Origin: Leucoraja ocellata
Lineage: Eukaryota
Direction of reading: 5' to 3'
NCBI GenBank assembly: GCA_036785375.1
Contig: JAWMAR010001602.1
Span: 1 to 64,000, forward strand
DNA: 64,000 bases
Of this stretch, positions 23,262-38,000 are shown piece by piece. The notes beneath the pieces were generated by a model that saw only the letters and a list, made by a program, of their open reading frames with translations, ran no database searches and was not told the origin of the DNA. The translations under genes and the position numbers were made by a program. Every line of letters starts with the position of its first letter. Position 1 is the first letter of the stretch.

Positions 23262-25040
23262 TAGACACAAAATGCTGGAGTAATTCAGTGGGACATGCAG
23301 AATCTCTTGAGAGAAGGAATGGGTGACGTTTCGGGCTTCTTCAGACTGATGTCAGGGGAGTGCGCGGTACAGAGATAAAATGTAGTTGGAGCCAGCAAGA
23401 CTGGTGGGAGAACTGGGAAGGGGAAGGGAATGGCCAGAGAGGAAAAGCAAGAGCTGCTTGATGTTAGAGAAGTCAATGTTCATACCGCTGGGGTGTAAGC
23501 TGTCCAAGCAACAGATGTTCCTCCAATTTGCACTGGGCCTCACTCTGACAATGGAGGAGGCCCAGGACAGAAAGGTCAGTGTGGGAATGGAGGGTGAGTT
23601 AAAGTGTTGAGCAACCGGAAGATCAAGTAAGTTTAGGTGGACTGAGCAGAGGTGTTCTTCGAAATGATCGCTGAACCTACGCTTGGTCTCGTCGATATAC
23701 AAGAATCCACACCTGGAGCAGCAGATACAGTAGATGAGGTTGAAGGAGGTGAGTGAACTTCTGCCTCACCTGACAAAACTGCTGGGGTCCTTGGATGGAG
23801 TTGATGGGGAGGTATAGGGACAGGTGTTGCAGGGGAAAGTACCTGGGTGGCAAGGGAGGAGTTGGCCAAGGATGTGCGATGGGAGCGTTCTCTGCAGAAA
23901 GCAGAAAGGGGTGGAGATGGCTAGTAGTGGGATCCTGTTGGAGATGGCGAAAATGTTGGAGGATTATGTGCTATATGCGGCAGCTGATGGGGTGGAAGCC
24001 GAGGACAAGGAGGAATCTGGCCTTGTTACGAATGGGGGGGGGAGGGAGAGCAAGAACGGAGCTGCAGGATGTTGACAAGATCCTAGTGAGAGCCTCATCT
24101 ATAATGGAAGAGGGGATCACCATTCCCTGAAGAATGAGGACATCTCGGGTGACCTGGTATGGAACACTTCATCGTGGGCGCAGATGCGGCGTAGGAGGAG
24201 GCATTGGGAGTAGGCAGAGAGTCTTGACAGGAAACACGCTGGGAAGAATCTGGATAGCAATGAGAGTCAGTGGGTTTGTCATAGATGTCAGTCGCTAGCC
24301 TGTCTCCTGTGATGGTGACGGTCAGATCTGGAAACGGCATGGAGATGTCGGGGATGGTCCAAGTGAATTTCAGTGCAGGATGTAAATTTGGTTGTGACGT
24401 TAATGGTCAGTTAGTTCTGCCTTGGTACAGGAGGTGGCACCGATGCAGTCGTTCATGTAGCGCAGGTAGTTTTTTAAAATTTAAATGACGAAGGTGACTT
24501 GAGAGCTGGGGGCTGGGGAGTAAAATATGGGCACAAGAATGAGGAAGAGAGCGTGTGCAGGGTGCTATGATTCTAAATTGAAGAAATCGGTGTTTATACT
24601 GTTCCATTGAAAGACATCCAAGTGGATCATCATCGGGTGCTGCTCTCCACTGTGTGTGAGGCCAAGATTGACAATGGAAGATGCTCGGTGTGGGAATGGG
24701 AAACAGAGCTTAACTGACTGTGAACCTTACAGAGAGATCATAATGGTCATCAAAACGGTTGCCTGGTGTACGCTTGGTCTCACCAATGTACACGAATGAG
24801 CATCACGGGAAACAAATGCTGCACACGTGATTTGCAGAGGTAGATGTGAATCTCAGTCTGAACTGGGACGACGGCCTGTGTGGCTGGTGGAAGTGAAACA
24901 GGAGCTGTCGGGTCAGGCGTTACATTCCATGCGGATGTAGGGGAAATGCTTGGGAATGGAGCGGTTTAGGTGGGGAGAGATGAGCAGACCAAGCAACTGC
25001 GAACAATGTGGTCGCTCTGGAAAACGGAAGGGGCGGAAAC
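23262..25040 (-). mobile_element. Penelope-like retroelement remnants (RT C-terminus, GIY-YIG endonuclease, pLTR)
   Basis: YIDETKRRFSDHFEEHL...PVAQHFNSPS (GIY-YIG; 23352-23702) and PFPDLTVTITGDRLATDIYDKPTDSH (24095-24340). Confidence 0.8.
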
Positions 25041-25044
25041 GGAA

Positions 25045-26070
25045 AGATAGAGACATAGAAACATAGAGTGATACCGTGTGGAAACAGGCCCTTCGGCCCA
25101 ACTTGACCACACTGACCAACGATGTCCCAGCTACACTTGTCCCACTTGCCTGCACTTGGTCCATAACCCTCCAAACCTGTGCTATCCATGTACCTGTCCA
25201 ACTGTTTCTTAAAGGATGGGATAGTCCCAGCCTCACCTACCTCCTCTGGCAGCTCGTTCCATACACCCATCACCCTCTGTGTGAAAAAGTTACCCATCGT
25301 ATTCCTATTAAATCTTTTCCCCTTCACCTTGAACCCATGTCCTCTGGTCCTCGATTCCCCCATTCTCATGATTTTGTACTCCTCCATAAGATCACCCCTC
25401 ATCCTCTGCGTTCCATGAAATAGTGACCCAGCCTACTCAACGTCTCCCTATAGCTGACACCCTCTAGTCCTGGCAACATCCTCGTAAATCTTTACTGAAC
25501 CCCTTCAAGCTTGACAACATTTTTCCTATAAATGGTACCCAGAACTGAACACAATATTCTAAACTCACCAACTGTTTATACAACTACAACATGACCTCCC
25601 AACTTCTATACTCAATGCTCTGATTGATGAAGGCCAAAGAGCCAAAAGCCTTTTTGACTACCTTAGCTACCTGCGACACGACCTTCAGGGAACCACGCAC
25701 CTGTACTCCTAGATCCCTCTACACTACAACACTACCCAGAGGCCGACCATTTACTGTGTAGGTCCTGCCCTTGTTCGAGGATGCAAAATGCAATATCTCA
25801 CACTTCTCTGTTTTAAGTTCCGTCAACCATTCCCCCCGCCCACCTGGCTAATTGATCCAGATCTTGCTGCAATCTTTCACAACCATCTTCACTATCTGCA
25901 AAACCATTCACTTCTGTATCATCAGCAAACTTGCTAATCTTGCCCTGTATGTTCCTATCCAAATCATTGATGTAGATAACAAACAGTAACGGGCCCAGCA
26001 CCCAACCCTGAGGCACACCACTAGTCACAGACCTCCAGTCCGAGAAGCAACCTTCCACCATCTCCCTCTG
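25045..26070 (-). mobile_element. CR1 LINE (second subfamily), 3' part
   Basis: [17 protein letters not shown] and RGDLMEEYKI motifs. Confidence 0.85.
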
Positions 26071-26744
26071 TTTCAGTATTTCCTCGACGGTAACCCTGAC
26101 TGCTGTCATGACACTTCCAGTGACTGGACGCGACTGGAGATGAGATCACGTTGAAGATATTGGAAATGTCGGAGAATGATATATTATATGTGCAGGCTGG
26201 TGTGGTGAAAAGCGAGGTCCAGAGGAACATTATCCTTGTTCCGTCTGAGGAAGGGCGAGCGAGAGCAGAACTGTGAGACACAGGGAAGATATGGATGGAG
26301 GTGTAATCCACAACTGCACGGCTGAACCACGGCTACTGAAATTAAAGGAAGGTTTCGCATGTCGTTGGGTGAAAAGCGTTATCGTAGAAGTAGAAGTAGC
26401 TGAGCCGGAGAAATCGAGAGTAAGGGATGGTGTCCTTGCAAGGGGCAGATTGGAAGGATGCAGTCAAAGTAACTGAGTCAGCGGGTATTAATGGACGTCT
26501 GTGCGTAGTCTACATTTTGTGATGGAGACAGGGAGATCCTGAAAGCAGAGTTCAGTCACAGAGATTGTCCTGGTGAATGTCCGTTGTTCTATTTAATTTC
26601 TCCATGTCAGTAACACTCTCTGTAGACGTAAAGCCAGTCAAGCCTCACTACGTTCTGCCAGATTCTGAAAGTATTTGACATTGTCAAGGTGAATTATCAT
26701 CATTTATTCATATTTAAACTCTCAGACAAATCATTTTTTGCTGT

Positions 26745-27190
26745 TTATCATATGCTGAGAGAATGGAGCAGCTGGGCTTGTAAACTCTGGAGTTTAGAAG
26801 ATGAGAGGGGATCTTATTGTAACATACGATTATTCAGGGTTTGGGTATGCTAAATGGAGGAAACATGTTCCCGATGTTGGGGGAGTCCAGAACCAGGGGC
26901 CACAGTTTAAGAATAAGGAGCAAGTCATTTAGAACGGAGATGAGGAAACACTTTTCCACACAGAGATTTGTGAGTCTGTGGAATTCTCTGCCTCAGAGGG
27001 CAGTGGAGGCCGCTTCTCTGGATACTTTCAAGGGAGAGCTATATAGGGCTCTTAAAGATAGCACAGTCAGGGGATATGGGGAGAAGGCAGAAACGTGGTA
27101 CTGATTGGGGTTGATCAGCCATGATCATATTGAATGGCGGTGCTGGCTCGAAGGGCCGAATGGCCTACTCCTGCACCTATTGTCTATTGT
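26745..27190 (+). mobile_element. CR1 LINE 3' fragment
   Basis: ORF 26841-27104 and the conserved 3' UTR. Confidence 0.85.
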
Positions 27191-29727
27191 TATTGCGCAA
27201 GGGACATGCTCCAGGGAAATATTTGTAATTGCGATTTCATGAACAGTGTTGTACACTGAAACATATTATAGTAACGGATCATGACTAGACACGAACATTA
27301 ACGATTGGAGCAAGGTGGGCCATTAGGCCCTTAAAACTGGTTCAGCCTTCAACCCAATCATTGCTGATCATCATGTGTCCGATTCTTCCAAATATTATTA
27401 TCAGTTGAGGGTACGAGACAAGTGTTGCTGGGCAGATCTTGGAGTTGTTAGTTTGCAGTCAGCAGCTCTGTGCATCGGGCTGGAATCAGTACATTCATTT
27501 CTCTAAATAATCCACAGGTGCTTCCGTTCAGTTAGCTCCTGCTCTTTGTTAGCGGTGGAGTGTTGGACTCCAGCCACATCATATGTGGGGGAAAGGTGAA
27601 ATCAAATGGAAACAGAATAAATATGAAATTACATTCATTTAAAAAAAATTCAGCTTTAATGGTGAGTTCTGAGGCTAATAAAATTAAGTGAGACACAGAT
27701 GTGGCAGGGAAAACGTAACATTTTGGATGATCATTCATGGTCAAGTTGAACGTCAATGAGCAATAATGCAATAGCAAGGAGAGATATTCGTTTGGATGTT
27801 GTAAAATCAGTATGTGTAGAACAGTGAAATAACCAAGGGCAGAAAACGTTTGTTGGAGTGGGATACAGACCCCCAACAGCAGGATGGAGGTTGGGGATAG
27901 CATCAAGCAGGAAATTAGTGATGCATGCAGCAAAGATACAGCGGTTATCATGAGTGACTTCAATTTACCGGTAGATTGGGCCAACCAAATTGGTAACAAT
28001 GCTGAGGAGGATTTCCAGGAATGTATACGGGATGGGTTTTTAAACCAATATGTAGAGGAACCGACTAGAGGGCAGGCTGGGTATTGTGTAACGAGGACAG
28101 ATTAGTTAGCGATCTTGTTGTGCAAAGCCACTCGGTCAGATGTGACCATAATATGGTGGAATTCCACATTAGAATGGAGAGTGACACGGTTAATTCAGAG
28201 ACTAGGCTCCTGAACTTGAATAAAGACTTTGAAGGTATGAGACGGGAACTGGCTAGGAGAGACAGGCACATTTTATTTAAAGGGTTGACAGTGGAGATGC
28301 AATGGCGAAGATTTAAAGACCGCTTAGATAAACTTAGATAAGTCACAGAGTCATAGTGTACTACAGTGTGGAAACGGGCCCTTCGGCCCAACTTGCCCAC
28401 ATCAGCCAACAATGTCCCAGCTACTAGTCCCACTTACCTGCACTTGGTCAATATCCCTCCAATCCATGTCATATCAATGTATCTAACTGTCTTTTAAACA
28501 ATGGGATAGTCCCAACCTCAACTACCTCCTCTGGCAGCTTGTTCCATACACCCACCACCCTTGGTGTGAAAACGTGATCTCTCGGATTCCTGTTAAATCT
28601 TTTCCCTTTCACCTTGAACCTATGTCCTCTGGTCCTCGATTCCTTCACTCTGGTCACAAGTCTTGGGGCATCTTCCCGATCTTTTCCTCCCATGATTTTG
28701 TACACCTCTATAAGATCTCCCCTCATCATCCTCCTGCGCTCCATGGCGATTGATACAAATACATCTATAGATGCTCCTGAACACATCATCAGTGATGTAC
28801 CTGGGGTCATTGGGTGTTTCAGGTCTTTCAACATCAGACACCCTCACCCAGGCGACCCAGCCGTGGTTGATCAGACCACGACTTGTGTTCAGGTGGCATT
28901 CGCTCCTCCCCATGGACCTTCTCTCCTGATCCAGCCATCTCGAGGCCTTCTCCGCTGCCTCTGTGGTGTTCTTGATGGCCCTTCTCCTCGCCACTCCGTT
29001 GATGCCCATTGCACTCAAGGCTCTGTAGAGCGATTGCCCTGCAAAGCCTCTGCAGCCAACCTCGATGTACATACACCTTCCCTTCCAGCCCTGCTTGCGG
29101 CAGTCTATGCCCAGCTCTTCATACTTGGCCATCTTCCCCTCGTGGGCCTCCTCCAGATGGTCCTCCCACGGCACTGTCAGTTCCAACAAGACAATGTTTT
29201 TGGTCGTCACTGAGACCAGGAGGATATCTGGCCTCAGGCAATGTGCCGTGGGAACCTCAGCTGTTTCACCAGGTCTACAGAAAGCTGCCAGTCCTGCGCA
29301 GTCGCCAGGATTCCTGACAGATTCCTGGCTGCTGTGGTTCTTGGCAGCTGCACTCCGGCCTTCACGAAGGTGATCATCTGGGTGGTGGGCCATTCTCATC
29401 TACAGCTGCTGATTCCCATGCTGATGGCTTCTGCAAATGGTTTAAGAACCTGGTCATGATGCCATGTGTACCGGCCCTGCCCAAGAGCCTTTGGGCAACA
29501 GCTCAAGATGTGTTCCAATGTCCCCTTGCCTGAGCATTGCGGGCAATCTGGAGATTCCGCTTTGCCCCAGATGAAGAGGTTTGATGGGCTGGGCAGGACA
29601 TCATACACTGCCTGGACCAGGAACTTGATGCACTGTGGTTCAGCCTGCCAGAGCTCAGTCCATGTGACTTTTCGGTCCATGGCCTGCTCCCACCTTGTCC
29701 AGGCTCCCTGCTGCCTCAATCCAACTG

Positions 29728-32700
29728 ACATCATTCAGGACCCTGCTGTTATATCCAATGCTTTCAACCAGCACTTCTCCACTGTATGTAGCTCTACTGT
29801 ATTTGACTCATCTATTATATGTGACTTTCCAGCTACCTCTACATGTAGAAGCTCTTTTTCTTTTCAAAAAATAAAACCTGTTGACGTTCAACATGCTATT
29901 AATGAATTAAAGGATGATTGTGGATCTGGACCAGCTGGTATTGAGACTAAATTCATTAAGATAGGAGCTAATATTCTAATGTACCCACTATGCGACCTGT
30001 TTAATTTGTCTTTCTCAACTTGTACCCTCCCTTCCGCATGGAAGTGTGCTAATGTTACTCCACTGCATAAGGGAGGCGAACCACACGATATTAACAATTA
30101 CCGCCCCATCTCAATTATCAACTCGGTGGCTAAAATCCTTGAGAAACTAGTGTTCAACCAGCTTTCACATTATGTCTCAACTTTCAACATTCTATCTCCA
30201 TGCCAGTCTGGGTTCAGACCTAATCACTCCACAGTTACAGCTCTGTTAAAACTCACCAGCGATGTGTTCACTGCTTCTGAGGATGGTAAACTCATCGGTG
30301 CCATCTTTCTTGATTTAACCAAGGCCTTTGATGTTGTTGACCACTACCTACTGCTTGATAAACTTTACTCTATTGGTCTTTCTCAAAACAATCTACTGTG
30401 GTTTAACTTGTACCTTCATAACAGACGCCAATGTGTCACCTTTAATGGAAGTCAATCCAATTTCTTAATTGTTGAGAAGGGGGTCCTGCAAGGTTCGTCC
30501 TTGGGACCACTCCTTTTCTCTATTTTCATAAACGACCTCCCTAATATCTGTTCTGATTGTCAAACACAACTATATGCCGATGATGCAGTGCTATATACAT
30601 CTAGTACTAACAAATCAGAAATTTAAAGATCCCTTCAATTCGATCTTACTTCTGTTCAGAAATGGCTATTATTTAACAAATTAATTTTAAATAAAAACAA
30701 ATCATGCAGTATGTTATTTGGTTCCAGACAAGGCCTTGGTAATTCTGTAGATTTGACTATATCATTTATTGAAGGATCACCATTAGAACAAGTATTGAAC
30801 TTCAAATATCTTGGTGTTTGGCTCGATCCAACGCTTTCATTTACGAAACATAGTGAGACGATTACTAAAAAACTCAGCTGTAATCTAGCTATTCTTTACC
30901 GCCATATAAATTGTTTCACCTTTCAGATGAGAAAATGAATTGTCTCTCAACTACTACTACCAACACTGGATTATGCTGATATTGTCTATCAGAATACATT
31001 TGATACACATCTTCAACCTCTCAATGTAGTTTATAATAGTCTTTGCAGATTTATTTTAAGGTGTCCATATATAACTCACCACTGTTCTATGTCCGAAACT
31101 CTAAACTGGTTATCCCCCCACGCTCGAAGATGCTAACACTGGTTCCAGTTTATCTTTAAATGCATCCATCTCAATTACCCTTCTTATCTAAAACAAGACC
31201 TATTACCATACACACCCTCATACTCACTAAGACATATTCAGCAACCCTTCTTTTTCATTCCAAGAACTAACGAAGAAATTGGGAGACATGCATTTAAATT
31301 CAAAGCTCCTTCTGACTGGAACACTTTGCCTAGTACCATAAGAACTATTAGCTCATTTCGTCTATTTAAAAATACACTTTTACCCTTCCTTATAAAACCA
31401 TGTACCTGTTTCTAGTATTAGAGTCTTCAAGCTCCTTTATCTAGCTTGCTCTGTGTGATCATTTGTGCTGTAACATATAACTGTTATTATTATTGGATAT
31501 GTAAAGTCAATTAACAATTGTTATTTATTTATTTATTTATTTATTTATTTTTTGAAAATATTTTTTATTGGAGATAGGTACATAATCTATTACATCATTA
31601 CTGTCTTACATTTTTTAATTGATAATATTGTCAGTTATTATTACATTGTCTCCAATACTTTTTGCCTTTTTCTTCATTTTTTTTAAAAACTAGATAGAAC
31701 TAAAGAGATAGATGAAGAAAAGGAAGAAAAGAAAGGAAAGAAAAACAAAAACAAAAAAACAAAAAACAAAAACAAAAAAAAACAAAAAAAGGGAAAGAGC
31801 TAGTTAAAGAAGAATGGAAAAATTTATTAAAATAAAAAACATCGTTCGAGATATGTTCGTACATTTCAGAGTATAGCATTTCATCCAATCTTTAGCCCGA
31901 GTGCTAGTCAGGTTCCTGTGCTGAACTATTCTGACCCTTTAAGTAATCAATAAAAGGAGACCATGTTCCAACGAATAATTCCTGTTTGTCCAACAGGGAG
32001 AATCTGATTCTTTCCACGTTTAAGGTCTCCGTCATTTCTATAATCCACATTTTGATTGTGCCTTTCCAAAATTTTAGAATTAATTTTTTTCCTGTTATTA
32101 AATTATAATCAATAAAGTTTCTTTGTGTTATTCTAAATGTTTGATTTAATTCTAATATTCCGAGTATTATTAATTTTGGATCTGGTTCCAATTGTGTGTT
32201 GGTTACTTTAGATATTATACTAAAAATATTTACCCAGAATTTTTTAATTTTTGTACAGTTTGCAAACATATGCGATAATGTAGCTTCTAAATGTTGACAT
32301 TTATCACATATAGGTGAAATATGTTGAAAAATTTTATGTAGTTTTGTTTTTGAATAATGTAACCTATGTATTACTTTAAATTGTATTAGAGAATGTCTGG
32401 CGTTTAGTGAACACTGATGTATGTGTTGCAAACTTTCTTCCCAAGTATCTTTCGTTATTACTTGATTTAATTCTTTTTCCCATGTTTGTCTGTGTAAGTC
32501 CGTCGAAGGAATGTCACTGTCTAATAAGATATTATATATATAAGATATTAATTTTTCTGTATTAGGATGTTTGTTCCAACATTCATCAAGAATTTCTGAG
32601 CTTCTAATTCGAAAATTTTGAGAGTTCGATTTTACATAATCTCTAAGTTGAAGATATCTGAAATAATCATTTCCTCGAAGTCCATAAGTCTGTTGCAACT

Positions 32701-35091
32701 CCTGAAATGTCAGAAAAGTGCCTTCCTTGTAAAGTTGTCCCATATTTTTAATTCCATAATTCTTCCATTGTGTAAAACCCGTCTAACCATGAAGGCTTAA
32801 ACAAAGGATTATTCACAATTGGAAGAAAAAGTGATGTTATCTAATTTTAATGTCTTTTTTAATTGTTTCCAAATTCGTATAGCACTAAATATTATAGGGT
32901 TTCCCTATAAATTTTTTTGTTTAATTTAGACGTAGCAAATAATATCGAACCGATATCAAAAGGTAGACAATCTTCCTTTTCCATTTTTAACCAGTCTGGT
33001 TGATGATCTATTTCTTCCAACCAGAAATTCATATTTTTAATATTAACTGCCCAGAAATAAAACAAAAAGTTAGGTAAAACCAAGCCTCCATTTCTTTTTG
33101 ATTTACACAGGTGTCTTTTGTTTATCCTATGATTCTTATAATCCCAGATAAAATCATTAACAATAGAGTCCAATTTAAAAAAAAAGTTTTTGCCAGGTAT
33201 ATCGGAATCGTCTGAAAAAGGTATAATATTTGCGGTAAAAAAATCATTTTTATGGCATTAATTTTGCCAACCATTGAGATAGGTAGTGTTTTCCAGTATT
33301 GGATATTCTTATGTAGTTTGTTCAGTAATGGGGGGAAATTTGCTTTAAATAATGATGTATATATCTTAGTTACATAAATACCTAGATATTTAAATTTTGC
33401 ATTTACTATTTTAAATGGAAATTGTTGTATTATCTGTTTGTTATGTTCCCTTATTGGCATAATTTCACTTTTGTTCCAATTTATTCTGTATCCTGAAAGT
33501 GAACCGAATTGGTTTATTAGCTTTAATAAGTTTGGGATACTAATTTCTGGTTTTGTAATGTAAATTAATACGTCATCTGCGTATAGAGAAATTTTATTCA
33601 CTGTGTCCTTAGTGTTATACCCATGTATTTCCGGATGCCCCCTAACTCTTTCTGCCAGTGGCTCAATAGCAAGCGCAAATAATAATGGAGATAACGGGCA
33701 TCCTTGTCTACAACCTCTAAATAGGCTAAATTTAGATGACAACCTTTGGTTCATAAATATTCTAGCCGTGGGATTTGTATATAACAGTTTTATCCATGTA
33801 CAGAATTTCTCCCCTAGCTGCATCTTTTCCATCACCGAAAATAAATAAGGCCATTCGACCTGATCAAATGCTTTTTCAGCGTCAAGTGAGGTTATTGCTA
33901 GATCTTCATTAATAATTCTCTTGGAATATATAATATTAAATAATCTTCTTAGATTATAATATGAGTACCGTTTCTGAATACAGCCTGTTTGGTCAGGGTG
34001 TATTAATTTATTCATCACTGTACTTAATCTATGCGCTAGTATTTTAGTTAATATTTTCTGGCCTGTATTCAGAAGTGCAATTGCTCTGTATGATCCCGGG
34101 TCTTCCGGTCTTTATCAGCTTTAGGAATAAGTGTTATTATAGATTCATTTAAAGTGTCTGGAAGTTTCTGTTGAGTATAGATATACTCATACAGTCTTTG
34201 TAAACGTGGGCAAAGCAAATCATAAATTTTTTTGTAAAATTCGGAACCTAAACCATCTGGTCCTACTGCTTTACCATTTTTTAGAGAGCCAATAGACTCC
34301 TCAATATCCTTTATCGTAATCTCCCTTTCTAATAGTTCTCTATCGTTTGAATCTAGACCTTTTAGATTACATTTTATTAAAAAATCTGCTATTCCTTCTG
34401 ATTGTGCTACGGTTTTAGTTGAATAAAGGTTATGATAGTATTGGAGAAATCTATCATTTATATCCTTGGGCATTTTTAATAATTCTCCTGTCTCTGTTCT
34501 AATTTTATGAATTATTTTTTCCCCTTCCATTTTTCGTAACTGGCGTGCTAATAGTTTTTGTGGTTTGTCTCCAAATTCAAAATGTAATTGTTTGGTTTTT
34601 TGATAAAGTTTTATTACTTGTTCTGAATACATTTTATTTAATTTATATTTCAATACAGCAATTTTATTATGTTTTAACGTAGATGGTATTCTCGCATTTT
34701 CTATATCTAGTTGCTTGATTTCACTTTCCAATGTTTGTTGTTTAATCCTGTTTTCTTTATTATAAAATGCTTGAGCAGAAATTAATGTACCTCGAACATA
34801 CGCTTTGAACGTTTCCCACATAAGAGAAATAGGTGTGTCAGGGTTGTCATTTACCTCAAAAAATATTTGAATCTGTTTAATAATATATTCCTGGCATGAT
34901 CTTTCGAATTAACAATTGTTATAAACTATAACAAGTGGGGATGGAGAAGTTATGGGATTGGTGTGTGGGTAGGTGGGTCAATGAGAGCCTTTATGTATGT
35001 TATGTCTTGTGCTGTATGTTTTATGTTGGACCCCCTCGAAAACGAGATGACTGTCCATCTCAAGGGGTTATCCATGAATAAACTTGTTTCA
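29728..35091 (+). mobile_element. L2/Crack-like LINE (5'-truncated), inserted in HERO and split by L1
   Basis: NYRPISI, QSGFRPNHST, FLDLTKAFD, QGSSLGP and LYADD motifs; 3' UTR hairpin and AATAAA at about 35030-35085; 5-bp TSD AACTG (29723-29727 / 35092-35096). Confidence 0.82.
31525..34906 (-). mobile_element. L1/Tx1-clade LINE, 5'-truncated ORF2 with frameshifts
   Basis: GPDG, LDAEKAFD, RQGCPLSP, LYADD and C-terminal CxxC...HxxxxC; (AAAT)n tail; 16-bp TSD AATTAACAATTGTTAT (31509-31524 / 34907-34922). Confidence 0.92.
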
Positions 35092-38000
35092 AACTGCTCT
35101 GGTACACCTCTCCTCCTCCACCACTGCCCTCACTTCCTGCTAGACCAGCCTGCGCCTCTCCTTCCCCTTGGCCTTGTCAAACTGGGGAGATGGGAAGATT
35201 CCCAGGCCAGCTCTTCCCCGAGTCACTGCTCCCACCAGGACTGTAGCGTATCCAAGACTCTGCTTGCAGCACGGCTTCACCGGCTCTCCACTTCCTCCCA
35301 GTTTTCACGGAGTCCCTGTACAGCATCACCTCTCTGGCCCGAGTCACCTTGAACTCCTCCTCCAGGGACTTCAGGGGCAGCTGGAGCTTGGTGTTATTTC
35401 CGTAAAGGGTGATGCTGCTAAGGCTCCTGGGCAGTCCCAGCCACCTTCTGAGAAAGCTGCTGACTTTCCTCTCCAATCTCTCTACGATGGATATTGGGAC
35501 TTTGTAGACAAGCAGTGGCCAGAGTATCCTTGGCAGGAAACCATGCCGGTAAATCCATGCCTTGAACTTTCCGGGAAGCCCCTACCGGTCCACTGCTCTC
35601 AACCAACTCTCCAGCTCCTGACAGGTTGCCTGGACAGATGCTGTATCCTTCAGGCTGCTGTTAAACATCTTGCCAAGACTCTTCACTGGCCTTTCGGAGA
35701 CAGTTGGGATTGGTGTCCCTTCGGTTCTGAAGCGGAACCTGTCCATGACTTTGCCCTTCTTCAGCACCAGTCACCTTGATTTTCCCGGCTTAAACCTCAT
35801 CCTTGCCCATCCAATCAGCTTCTCCAACCCCTGCAGGATCCACCTGCCTCCTGGCACTGACTCAGTGGTGACAGTCATGTCGTCCATGAAGGCTCTGATT
35901 GGTGGTTAGCGCATTCCTGACTTGGTCCGAGGGCCCCGGCACTCTGGCTCAGCAGACTTGACCATCATGTTAATCGCCAAGGCAACAAGGATCACAGAGA
36001 TGGTACAGCCTGTGATGATCCCAACCTCCAGTCTGTGCCACTGATGTTACTGACCCTGATGAGACTCTCATGCGCAACTGGTTGTAATAGTCCAGGATGA
36101 GATCTGCCACTTGGCCCGCGGGGCACGTGATGCTTGGCCATGACTGTCTGGATCAGCTTGTGCGAGATGGAGCCGTAGGAGTTGGCCAGGTCAAGCCAGA
36201 GCACTGTCAGGTCTCCCTTGTTCTCCCTGGCTTCTCTGATGAGCTGGGTCACCACTCCCGTGTGCTCCAGACACCCCGGCACTCCAGACAAGCCTCCCTT
36301 TTGCACTGAGCTGTCGATGTAGCTATTCCTGAAGAGGAGGTTGGTCAGCCACCTCGCCACTATGCTGAAGAAGATCTTGCCTTCAACACTTAGCAAGGAG
36401 ATGATCCTGAACTAATCAATCTTCTTGGAATCTTCTTCCTTTGGGATCCAGACTCCTTCAGCGAATCGCCACTGCTGCGCCACTTTCCCTCTTTCAGGAG
36501 TGGCTCCCTACTATCAAACTCCTTGATGGGTGGAGGTGGTTTTATCAGGATGTTGCACTGGCCCAGCTCCTGCTGCCTGACGGGGTCACTGTAGGTCGTC
36601 TGGATGTGCCGGTCGATCTCCTCCTTAGAGAAAGCCAAACTCCCACTGCGCTTCTGCCCGAGTAGTTATTTGGTGGAGCCGAAGGGGTTGGCTATGAAGG
36701 ATGCTCCTCGCTTCCTGGCTCTTTCCTTCCGGCATCTTTGGTGCCACTCAGCTCTACGGAGGGTCATCAGCTTCTTCCTCAGGATGGTTCACAGCTCAGC
36801 CAAGGGGGGACGTTGCTCTTCACTGGCCTCTTTATTCTGCTTCTTGAGGGACTTCAGCTCCTGCTGGATCTTGTGGATCTTTGTTGCTCGTTGGTTCATG
36901 GTGAAAGGTGTTCTGGCCGGTTTCTTCTCCACTTCTCCAAACCTTTCCACAACTAGGCTGATGATGATTGTTGTCATCGCCCACAGCCTTCCGTCCACGT
37001 CTCCCTTCACAGTTGCTTCTAGCACCTTGTCGACCTCCTCGTCAAACTGATGCCAGACTAATCCTGAACTGCCAAAAGAATTAAACTGGGAAGGCGGCTT
37101 AACCGTGGCTGAGGAGGGAAGACAATGATTGGGTTAAATCCAAAGTAGAGGCATATAAATTGGCCAGAAGAAGTGGCAAATCAGGGGGCTGGGAGAAATT
37201 TGGAACTCCAACAGAGGAGGTTAATACAAAGGGGTTAATTAAGGGGGGGAAGAGCATGAAAGAAAGCTTGCGGGGAATATAAAAACTGACTGTCAACGTT
37301 TATTTAGGGATGTAAAAAGAAATAGATTAGCGAATGCAGGTCCCTTACAGTCAAAGACAGGTGAATATATAATGGGGAAAAAAAGAAATCGCAGAGCAGT
37401 TAAATGAGTACTTTGATTCTGTCCTCACTAAGGAAGGCACAAACAATCTCCCAGAAATACTAGGGGACCGAGGATCTAGTGGGAGGGAGCATCCGAAGGG
37501 AATCCACATTAGTCAGAAAATGGTGTTAGGTAAACTGTTGGGACTGAAGGCAGATAAATCCCCAGGGCCTGATGGTCTGCGTCCTAGACTCCTCAAGAAG
37601 GTGACCCTAGGATGTATTAGTGATCATTTTTCATTGTTCTCTCGACTCTGGATTAGTTCCTGTGGACTGGAGAGTAGCCAATGAAACTCCACTTTTTAAG
37701 AAAGGAGTAGAGAGAATAAACGGGGAATTACAGACCAGTTAGCCTTACATCGGTAGTGGGGAAGATGCTGGAGTTGAATATTAAAGATGTATTAGAAGCG
37801 CATTTGGAAAGCAATGACGGGATCAGTCAAAGTCAGCATGGGGAAACCATGTTTTACTAATATTTTAGAATTTTTTGAGGATGTAACAAATAGAATGGAT
37901 AAGGGAGAGCCAGTGGATGTGGTGTATCTGGACTTACAGAAAGACTTTGACAAAGTCCAACAAAAGAGATTAGTGTGCAAAATTAGAGCACATGGTATTG

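Larger units (their letters stand above)
28770..37055 (-). mobile_element. HERO-like non-LTR retrotransposon with a restriction-like endonuclease (RLE), decayed and split at 29727/35092
   Basis: RT (LWLDLANSYGS), CCHC-like CPQCSGKGTLEHILSCC and RLE motif RPDILL...LLELTVPWE...K.AKY...IEVGCRGF. The halves rejoin in frame (RCTRA|VGLRQQGAW) across TSD AACTG. Confidence 0.8.

Noticed and set aside
29466-30626. 386-aa ORF as a novel fusion gene
   Set aside because: Chance read-through from antisense HERO sequence into a 5'-truncated L2-like RT at 29728.
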